Shown one piece after another: positions 49,250-58,270 of a stretch of DNA of 64,000 nucleotides. The translations under genes were made by a program, and so were the position numbers. Numbering within the stretch: the stretch's first letter is position 1; each line of letters begins with the position of its first letter. Below the pieces are notes generated by a model that was not told the origin of the DNA, made no database searches, and was given only the letters and a program-made list of their open reading frames with translations. Source of the DNA: Candidatus Hydrogenedentota bacterium (GTDB lineage: Bacteria > Hydrogenedentota > Hydrogenedentia > Hydrogenedentales > SLHB01); assembly GCA_963745075.1 (NCBI GenBank), contig CAVUWV010000027.1, positions 64,001 through 128,000 on the forward strand. Direction: 5' to 3'.

Positions 49250-52040
49250 CTAAAACGTCACTTCCACCGTTACAATCTTCTTCCGCTCCACCGTCACCGA
49301 GAACGTGTTGTCGCGCGGCGCCAGCGGTGCGCCCGGGTATTCCTCCAGATTCAGGAAGCGCGCCGTCCGAACCGGTTTGAAGAACGTCAGGTTCCCCTCG
49401 ATGCGCTCGTTCGTCGGATTGAACATGCGCACGACCAGACCTTCGCCACTCTCCGATCGTTTAAGGGCGCTAAGTACGAGGTTCGCCGGTTCGATACGAA
49501 GGAAGCTGTGCCGCTTGGGCAAGTCGCCGCTGTGGGGGCCGGCCTGTGCCGGTTGAAGCGGCGCGATGAGCCGGTCCACGTTTGCGTAAACGTTCGCCGT
49601 GTCCCAGGAACCCGCGTGCGGGAAAATGAGGTACCGAAACTCGTGTGCTCCCGGACACTGGGACAGTCCCATCTGGGGGCGCACATCCCACCGTTTGCTC
49701 ACCGTCGTCAGGGAAACCTGATACGCGCGCAGCAGTGTAAAAGCGATGGTCCGGTCCGCATCGTCCGTCACCTGGTATTCGCGCAGCCCGTCATTAATGA
49801 TGGCCAGACCCGCTTTCCCGTCGTTTACATCCACGAAACGCAGCATCGGGAATGTGGCGTTGACGCTGCCAAACCACGGACTGTCCGGTCCGAAGACAAC
49901 CTCCCGCTCGACAACGTCAAACGCGGTCTCCGCATGACACACTTTCGTCTGCAACTTGGTCGGGAACATCACGCGAAGGCGATGGTTCTCCGCGTGATTA
50001 ACAAACCGTGTCGCCACCTCAATGGCATTGGCCCTCTTGCGCAACGTGACCGTCGACACGATCGTCAATTCGCGAAGTTCATTGCTGCGCCGGGCGGCAC
50101 TGCCGGCGCCGTCCAAACGCTGCCACGGATTGCCGCCGTTTTCATCCAGACCCGCCGACACCCGCATGCGGTACGTAATGTGATAGCGCGCGAGCAAGGG
50201 CCCGTTTTCGGCCAGCGCGATTTCCACGGGGAATCCCGGACTGGTCACGATGTCGTCCATCGCCGGTTCGATATGCATCCAGGCATGACCCGCTTCTCCC
50301 GAATCTTCAAAATAGTGGAGTCCGTCAAACCGGGCTCCCGTCGCTTTGTGCATCACGTCCAGCGTGCCTTGGGGCGTAATCTCCACGCGAAGATGTTCAT
50401 TCTCCAGCGTGTTGTGCGCGGTCACCAGAGTTCCGCGGGCGAAGGTACCCTCCTCGGTTCAGTTTGTACGATGCGTAGCCAAGGGCGGGCACGTCCCGCA
50501 GTTCGATGTGGCACGTCACCTGCTCGCATTCCATCATCGCCGTGGCATCCGCATCGTGGTTCAGTACGGCGTGGTGCGGTTTTCGGGTGACTGCTTGCAC
50601 GGCGGCAGGTTCGCCCGTTTCTGCGTCCACGAAATCGAACTGTGGTGTCGCACCATCACGCGGCAGGTCCAACACCACGGTTGCCACCTCGGATCGCGAA
50701 TGCGAAGACGCGTTGAATACGGTCAGTAACACGTCGTCAGGCGCTGCGTCCGAATGGTCAATGCGCTTTTGAACCTGTGCCAGACTCCGCCGCGTCAGGC
50801 CACCGGCAATATTGACGACCTGGCGAAGCCGATACGTCATGTCGCGCTCGATCTCGTCCACACCGCTCCCGGCGATGCTGTCGTGAGCGTGGCACTTGAG
50901 GAGCGTCTTCCACGCCAGATCCAGATACCCTGCTGGATACTCGGTCCCCAAGGCCCACGCGATAGCCGCGTACGGCTCGGCCCATCGTTGCAGGTCGCTT
51001 TCGGCGTGTGCGTTCAACCGCTTCATTCGGGTTCGGCTCGAAAGCACGTCGCTGTACAGGTGGATCCGGCCGTCCATGAATTTCGGCGTCCGTCGCTCGC
51101 CCTTCAATACAACGAGATCCTTGGCGGCGCTTTTCACCTTTTCCATCAACATCGGGAGGCTGCTGTGATAAATCGCGCCCTTCGGCACGGCTTCCTGCGC
51201 CGCCTCGATAATTCGTACCGTCACCGGATCCGGCACGCTGCTGTCGTGGCCCATCATGAACGCCAGGTAAGGCGTAGTGGATACTTGCTGTTCCATTGCG
51301 CACAACCGTTGCACACTTTCAACCGCCGTCTTTGCATCAAACGGCTTGCGCGGCACGTCGAGCAGGGCGTGATGATCCAGGCTTTGCTCTTCCCGGCATA
51401 GGCGGAACGGCAATCCGCCCTGCTTCCACGTGCGCATCCGTTCGTGTTGTGTCGTGCCAAACACGACGGGCCGGTACACGTGGAAGTAGAAGTTGTACCG
51501 GGCGCCAGAACTCATCTGCGAGCCGAGGATCTGCGTGCCGTCCGCCCCCTCGAAGATGAATTCGTTAGGCACCTCGTCGTGCGAAACGCCGTGGTAAAAC
51601 AACATCGTATCGATATCGAAACCTTGGTAGATCTGCGGCAACTGCGAGTTCTGGCCATAGGAAAAAGGCGTGTGACCAACTTTCATCACATGACCGAACG
51701 CGCGCGCGACACGATGTCCGTATAGGAGATTCCGCACCAGCGATTCGCCCGGCACGTTGAACGCTTCCGGGCAGGTGTACCAAGGACCGACCAGCAACCG
51801 TTCACTGGAAACATGCCTCGTGATCCGGTCGCGTGCTTCCGGCCGGATCTCCAGGTAATCCTCCAAAGGCACCGCCTGCGAGTCCAATAGAAAGGATGCG
51901 TAGCCAGGCTCATTTTCCAGAACGTCGAGAAGCTTGTCGAGCATCTCGACCAACATCATGCGCGTTTCCTGGAAATCGTAGAGCCACTCCCGATCCCAAT
52001 GCGTGTTCGAAACGACGTGAATCTCGTACTCGTTACCCAT
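49250..52040 (-). CDS. GH38 alpha-mannosidase (MngB-like), split by a 1-nt insertion near 50452
   Basis: SNTHWDREW, LLDSQ, VGPWY, AHDSIAGSGVD in ORF 50397..52133; LENEHLRV, NHRLRV, GLREY, TLLRA, SALKRSE in ORF 49250..50425. Confidence 0.9.
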
Positions 52041-52154
52041 TTCCCGCTCCCTCAAGGCCACAATCCTGCGTTGCTGGACGTAAAGCGTACTCCAATGCAG
52101 GTGCAGAAGAAAGGTTCTTTCGATGGCGAGCAAGAGAATTGTTGCGAGGCCAGG

Positions 52155-52322
52155 CTAGCTTCCCTCTCGGCGCTGGCTACCCTTCACTGGCGATTGCGCG
52201 GAGCCGTGGTCCGATTGCATCGATGACGAACCCACCGGGTTGTCGGATTTGCGGGTGCTGCCGCATCCAACGGCTCCAAACACGGCCGCTGCGACTACCA
52301 GAAACGAGAATAGGATCTTCAT
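52155..52322 (-). CDS. Putative small lipoprotein (55 aa)
   Basis: GGGAG RBS, MKILFSFLVVAAAVFGAVG-C signal with lipobox-like AVGC, followed by a Ser/Gly-rich tail. Confidence 0.55.
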   Translation of the reverse strand: MKILFSFLVVAAAVFGAVGCGSTRKSDNPVGSSSMQSDHGSAQSPVKGSQRREGS

Positions 52323-52905
52323 TTGTACGTGCTCCCTTGTTACTGCTGGGCGAAACCCAGCCGTCCCCATAGCTGGTCAATACATTCGGAATGTGCGGGA
52401 AAATGTGTCAATGCAAATACCGGTTCCGCCGCTGTAACGGCGAGGGCCGGCCAACTGTACTGTAGATACACCCCGGACCGTGGGCTGTCGGTAGGATGCG
52501 TGTGCGCCGGTCGAGATGTAACGCGGAGATTTATGGCCGTTCCGAACCGGTTCTGTAATCTTTGACCGCAAGCCCGGGTACAAGGTGTTTCCAGGAAGGA
52601 ATGCGCCGCATGCGGTGCGGTTGCTGATGATTGCGCGCCGCACCGGTGCGGAAGGCATGCTGATTTTTCGTCGAGGCGCGGGCGCCAATGTGCTTTCGGG
52701 CAGCGGCGCAGGCGATGAATGGCGAACATTGTGGGTCCGGCTGGGATCGGGTCGCACACGTCACAAGGGGAATAACAGGTCCAGGCCCACTACCCTTTGT
52801 TGCCGGTCCCAGCACGGACGCCACAATGGCATACTATCCCCAAACCGGTGGTTATGCAATGAGGCTTCGTGACACTTAGGGCCGATGTGCGATACGGCGA
52901 TCCGA

Positions 52906-53769
52906 TCAGTAAATCAGTTCCGCCCAGCGGTCGCAGGCCATCAGGTGTTTCTTCAGGCGGAGCCACTTTTCTTCGGATCCCGCCATTTTCGATAGGGCGC
53001 TATCCAGCATGTCGCTGACCTTCTCCAGGCCCGCTACGTAAACGTACGTGTTCACGTCTTGCAGCAACTCCCAGACTTCCGCCGCGTTTTCCGAAAGGGA
53101 CCGTTCCAAATCGATGGGCTCATCAAGGTGCGGCCTCGGGCTCACCGCTTCGAACGCCTTGAAAGTTTCTTTGTCGTAGTAGTTGGCAAGGTCGTTCTTC
53201 TGGTCGTTCATGTAGAGCAGTTCCATGCCGCGCTTGGCGCCATAGAACAACCGGACCTTGCCTTTCCAGTTGCCGACTTCGTCGTAGATGTGTTTGACGA
53301 AAGCCCGGAACGGAGCGATTCCCGTGCCGAGACCGATCATCAGGATATTTGCGGTCGGGTCTTCGGGGAGCGAGAATGCGATACCGTAAGGACCCGTCAG
53401 AGTAATTATATCGCCCGGCTGCAAGTCGCACAGGTAGTTCGACGCGACCCCCGGATACTGTTCGCCGTTGACCTCGTCAATGTAGAAGCATCGTTTCACA
53501 CACAGCGAGATATTGCAGGTTCCCGGCGTTTCGTCCTCGTCGATGCTGGCGACGGAGTAGAGCCGGAAATGGTCCTCGTTTCCGAATTCGTGCGGACCCG
53601 GGACCAGCAAACCGATACTCTGCCCCAGCTTGAAGCTGGACGCCCCGCGGTCGATTTCTAAGACAATGTGCCGGACCTCGTCCGGGTAGTCCGCGGGCGT
53701 AATGCGCGTGCTTTCCAGCACTTTCCCATTGAAGGTGGTTGAAATGTCGAATTCTTGTAGGCGCGCCAT
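52906..53769 (-). CDS. Ferredoxin--NADP+ reductase (plastidic-type FNR family)
   Basis: RLYSVAS, GVASNYLCDL, TGPYG, GTGIAPFR, C-terminal Tyr; GAGGAG RBS. Confidence 0.9.
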   Translation of the reverse strand: MARLQEFDISTTFNGKVLESTRITPADYPDEVRHIVLEIDRGASSFKLGQSIGLLVPGPHEFGNEDHFRLYSVASIDEDETPGTCNISLCVKRCFYIDEVNGEQYPGVASNYLCDLQPGDIITLTGPYGIAFSLPEDPTANILMIGLGTGIAPFRAFVKHIYDEVGNWKGKVRLFYGAKRGMELLYMNDQKNDLANYYDKETFKAFEAVSPRPHLDEPIDLERSLSENAAEVWELLQDVNTYVYVAGLEKVSDMLDSALSKMAGSEEKWLRLKKHLMACDRWAELIY

Positions 53770-54056
53770 GACCGTACTCTCCTCTGTTCACTCGCGCCTC
53801 CGCGGCGGAGCAGTAAAGGCCCCCGTTGCTGATTCGTTCCCCCGACCCGTTACCAGGCGTACGATAAGCGCCACCCGCCGCTGCGCATTGACATCCACGT
53901 AGCGCTCGGACACACTTCCCATTTCCCCCCGGACGGGCGCGATCAGTAGCTATATTTTAGGCGTTTGTGGCTGGGGGTGTCAATTGGGCAATTGCCCCGC
54001 CCGCCGCTTTCACAGTACGATTGTGCCACGAATCTATAACCAACACGGAGCCATCT

Positions 54057-55657
54057 ATGAACCTGCAACGCCTCCTGGTCGCCATACTCACAGCATACTT
54101 TGCCGCCATCCCCTTGGCCTACGCCCAATCCGCCGCGACCCTTTCCAAAGCTGACTACCTCGACAAGTGCAAGGGAGCGTGGGCGGGGCAGATGATTGGC
54201 GTGTGCTACGGCGCGCCATACGAATTCCGCTCGAACGGGAAACCCATCACGGACGAACTCAAACCCTGGACCCCGGACCGGGTGGCGGGCGCGATTGGAC
54301 AGGACGATTGCTATGTCGAAATGACCTTTCTCAAAGCGCTGGAAGATCATGGACTCGACATCACCTATGCGGAGGCGGGTAAGGCGTTCGCGGATACGCA
54401 GTATCCATTGTGGCACGCGAACCTGTACGGGCGCGAGAATTGCCGTCGCGGCATTATGCCGCCGCTCTCCGGCTACCCTGCATTTAACCGGCACGCCGAT
54501 GACATCGACTTTCAGATCGAAGCCGACATCTTCGGCATTCTCTGTCCGGGACTGCCACGCGAGTCGAACCGGCTGTGCGATGTCTTCGGCCACATCATGA
54601 ATTACGGCGACGGCGTTTACGGCGGGATGTTTGTCGCGGGCATGTACGCAGAGGCCTATTTCGAAAACGATGATATTCTGCGTGTGGTACAGGCGGGCCT
54701 CGCCTGCATTCCCGAGGAGTCAACTTACGCGCGATGCATCTCGGACGTCATCGCCTGGCATGCCGAGGACCCGCAGGACTGGCTGGCGACGTGGAAGAAG
54801 ATCGAGTCGAAATGGCAGGACGACGTCGACTGTGAGCGGCACAATCCCTTCAACATCGACGCCAAGCTCAACGGGGCCTACATCGTCATGGGCTTGCTAT
54901 ACGGCAACGGCGACTTCGTCAAGACGGCCGAAATCGCTACCCGCTGCGGTCAAGACGCGGACTGCAATCCCTCTAACGCAGTTGGCGTGCTTGGTTGCAT
55001 GAAAGGTTTCGAGGCCATGGGCGACGCATTGACCGGCGGCATCGGCGGCATCGCCGATGGAAAGTTCTCCCACACCGACTATTCCTTCGACACGCTGATA
55101 CCCGCGTGTCAGCGGGTGACCGAATCCATCATACGGCGCGCGGGTGGTTCCGTGGGTCGGACGAATACACAATTCCCCGACAGCCGGCACGACCTCCCGA
55201 TACGCTGGAGCAATGGGTCTATCAGGTTGAAGCGTTGGATGAAGCCTTGCCGCAGAACGTGGTCAATCTTTGGAACCCGGCCTGGCACGTCATCGCCTGC
55301 GGCAGTGACATGGAACCCGGACTACGCAGCGAGGTCTTCGGCCGGAAGGGCGTGCTCGTCCTCCATCCCGTGGACGAGCAGCATCCCGCCGCGTTGATCG
55401 GTTCCTTTGCGGTACCCGGCGGGGCACCACGCTTGGTCATCGAGACCGCTTCTGACAAGCGCGGGGACTATCTGCTCCGGGTGTTCATAAATGAGGAATT
55501 GAAACTCGAACGCGTCATCAATACCGGCGGGGAATGGACGACCGCTACGGTGGACCTGATGCCCTACACCGGAAAGAACATCAACGTCCGCATTGAAAAC
55601 GCCGCCAACGGATGGTCATTCGAGGCCGCATACTTCGCCCGCATCGCCATCGAGTAG
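54057..55657 (+). CDS. Secreted ADP-ribosylglycohydrolase-family protein with C-terminal beta-sandwich-like domain; frameshift near 55155
   Basis: Signal peptide ending AYA-Q; GAWAGQMIG, QDDCY, DDIDFQIEAD, CGQDADCN; adding one G at GGG 55154-55156 continues into the frame of ORF 54995..55657 (SDEYTIPRQ...AANGWSFEAAYF). Confidence 0.8.
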
Positions 55658-55663
55658 CCGTTC

Positions 55664-56881
55664 TCAACTCATCCCGGCGCCGGCCGGTGTACCTTCTCCT
55701 GCATACCGTTCCAACAGATCGGCCGCCCGGTTTGCCCCGTCGCTTTGCGCCACAATACGGGACCAGTGTTGTGTCGCGTCGTGGTAGCCATTCTGCTCGA
55801 TCACGGCATCGAGGGCAGACAAAACCGCCTCACCCGTAGCGCGACGTGGCGGCAACACCCGGCAAAATCCGTTGGCGCTGCCGATGCGAGCGTTGGTCCG
55901 TTGTTCCAGGTGCGTGGGGATTGCCACCATCGGCACACCGGCGTTCAGGGCCTGGTACATAGTTCCGTTGCCCCCGTGAAACACGAGCGCACGGCAATGC
56001 CGCAGGATCTCGCTTCCCGGCGCGTACCGCACAATCCGAAAGTTCGGCGGCGCCGCCCCGACCACGTCTACCGACACGCGTCCCGCCGTGGTCACGATGA
56101 ATCGGTACGGGCTATGCGCCAACGCGGGATAGATACCTTTCAACAGCGACTCGAACCGTCCCGTCGATCCCATCGTGATGTACACATTCGGCGTTCCGTC
56201 ATCCAATTCCCCCATCCAATCCGGCGGCGTTTCCGGATAATCGAAAATCAATGGACCTGTCTGCTGGGTTTTTGGAAGCCACGACGATACTCGGTACAGC
56301 CCCGGCAAGTCAGGGGAAATCAGTGGAACGGACTGAAACAACTTCAACGAGTCGATTGGTTTTCTTCCAAACCTTCGATAGACGCGGCGACGTAACGAGG
56401 TCATGTGGTACCACTCGTACCCGCGCCAATACCGCCGCAAGACGGGGTGGGTGAGCACGTAGTCGATGAAATAGGCGTTGAAAAGACTCGCGCCAGGCAC
56501 CCCGGCGAGGTGGGCCGCTGAACTCGCCGTAGCCGTCGAGGCCCCCACCACCAGGTCCGGTTGCTCAGCCCGAATCAGCTCGACCTGGCTTTCCAGAATC
56601 GCGTCCAACGGCGCCCAACGCGTCAGGTGTGACAAATCGTGAAACGCCGCAAGCCATCCCCGCTTCATGTACCGATTCCAGGCGTACGGCTGATCGATCT
56701 CGCGAACCCGCGCCACCCGAAGCCCTGCCTTTGCGGCCAGGGAAAGCTCGGATCGCGATTTCGCCGGGTCATCGCCCGCGATGACGACTTCGTGGCCGCG
56801 GGCATGCAGCGCTTTCCCGACTTCAATGCAATGCGAAAGATGGGCAAGCACGTAGCTTGACGTAAATAGGATAAACTTCAT
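55664..56881 (-). CDS. GT1 (MGT/UDP-glycosyltransferase-like) glycosyltransferase
   Basis: YVLAHLSH, RGHEV, PDLVVG, YITMGSTG, FHGGNGTMYQAL..GVP, HLEQ. Confidence 0.9.
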   Translation of the reverse strand: MKFILFTSSYVLAHLSHCIEVGKALHARGHEVVIAGDDPAKSRSELSLAAKAGLRVARVREIDQPYAWNRYMKRGWLAAFHDLSHLTRWAPLDAILESQVELIRAEQPDLVVGASTATASSAAHLAGVPGASLFNAYFIDYVLTHPVLRRYWRGYEWYHMTSLRRRVYRRFGRKPIDSLKLFQSVPLISPDLPGLYRVSSWLPKTQQTGPLIFDYPETPPDWMGELDDGTPNVYITMGSTGRFESLLKGIYPALAHSPYRFIVTTAGRVSVDVVGAAPPNFRIVRYAPGSEILRHCRALVFHGGNGTMYQALNAGVPMVAIPTHLEQRTNARIGSANGFCRVLPPRRATGEAVLSALDAVIEQNGYHDATQHWSRIVAQSDGANRAADLLERYAGEGTPAGAGMS

Positions 56882-56886
56882 GCGAC

Positions 56887-58197
56887 TTACGACTTGGCGT
56901 ACCGTTGAAGAATCTGGGCACCAGTTGGGCTTCCTTCGCGAGCGAAGCGCTCCAGGAGTTCCGCCGCTGCCGCCGCACCATTGGAACCCCGGACCGATTC
57001 GGACAGCTTTCGAGCGGCTTCGGCGTACGACGGGGTTTGGATGATACGATTCAGGTTGCGCACCAATTGCTCCGGCGATATCCGCCGTGCCCGCATCTTG
57101 ATGCAGAATCCGTGATCGACGCCGATCCCCGTGAGCACGTCCTGTTCAAGATGTGACGGAAGCGAAATCATGGGCACTCCGGCCACCAGAGACTGATACA
57201 TCGTTCCGTTGCCTCCGTGAAAGATGAGGGCCTTGCAGCGTTTGAGAATTTCCGACCCCGGCGCGTAACGCGTGATTCGGAAATTGGGTGGCGCCCGCCG
57301 CACCGTTTCTTCCGCTGCCTGCCCGCCGGTCGTCACCACGAACCGGTACGGAGTTCTGCCTAATACCGAATAGGTGCGTTGTAAGAACTCATCCAGCAGC
57401 CCCGTCGACCCCATGGTGATGTATACGTTGGGCGTTCCATCCTCGAGTTCCGTTATCCAGTCCGGCAACGGTCCCGGGTATTCGGACCAAATCGGCCCGA
57501 CCGTGTGAAAACGCGGGAAGAACGCGGGCGGCTCGTACAGTTCGGGCAAGTCCGGTGAAATCAGCGGCGCCGACCGTAATAATTGCAGCGCGTTGACGGG
57601 TTTCACACCATGGTTGCGATAGACGCGCCGGCGAATCGGGGCCAGCCGCAGCCAATCGTACGACACGGCCAGCGCGTGGTACAGCGAGCCCGGGGTCAGC
57701 AGCCGGCTGGCGTACCCATTCATGATACAAGCCGCCGGCGTGTCCGCAATATACGCGGCGGTCGTTGCGCTGATCGTTGCATCGCCGATGACCAGGTCCG
57801 GCTGCTCTTGCCGAATCAGCCTGACTTGGCTCTCGATGATCTCCTCGAGCTGAACCCACTTACGCAGATTGTGCAGGTCCATCGCCGACGCCAGCCACCC
57901 ATGTTTCACAAACCGATCCCAACCGTACGGGTGAAACGGTTCACGGGCAGATTCCAGGCGAAAACCGGCGCGTTTCACCAGTCCCAATTTGGACCGTGGA
58001 TGCAGCGGATTGTCGCCGCCAAAGACGACTTCATGCCCCCGGGAACGTAGCTTTTTCGCGATTTCGATGCACCGCGACGTGTGGGCGAGCACGTATCCCA
58101 AGGGAAGAAATAGGAAACGCGACGGCCGGGAAGGCCGCAACTCCAAGGTCCCGTGCGCGGGATAGGAAATGCTCGTTGTACCGCTCAATGAGTTCAC
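56887..58197 (-). CDS. GT1 glycosyltransferase (tandem paralog)
   Basis: YVLAHTSR, RGHEV, PDLVIGD, YITMGSTG, FHGGNGTMYQSL..GVP, HLEQ. Confidence 0.9.
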   Translation of the reverse strand: MNSLSGTTSISYPAHGTLELRPSRPSRFLFLPLGYVLAHTSRCIEIAKKLRSRGHEVVFGGDNPLHPRSKLGLVKRAGFRLESAREPFHPYGWDRFVKHGWLASAMDLHNLRKWVQLEEIIESQVRLIRQEQPDLVIGDATISATTAAYIADTPAACIMNGYASRLLTPGSLYHALAVSYDWLRLAPIRRRVYRNHGVKPVNALQLLRSAPLISPDLPELYEPPAFFPRFHTVGPIWSEYPGPLPDWITELEDGTPNVYITMGSTGLLDEFLQRTYSVLGRTPYRFVVTTGGQAAEETVRRAPPNFRITRYAPGSEILKRCKALIFHGGNGTMYQSLVAGVPMISLPSHLEQDVLTGIGVDHGFCIKMRARRISPEQLVRNLNRIIQTPSYAEAARKLSESVRGSNGAAAAAELLERFAREGSPTGAQILQRYAKS

Positions 58198-58270
58198 AAC
58201 TATTTGCTGCTTCCGTGCATCACACCGTAGCTCCGCTAGTCATCGCCGGACGGGAATTGGCATACGCTCC

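Noticed and set aside
52323..52905. Short ORFs on both strands of this gap
   Set aside because: No convincing RBS, motif or coding-like composition
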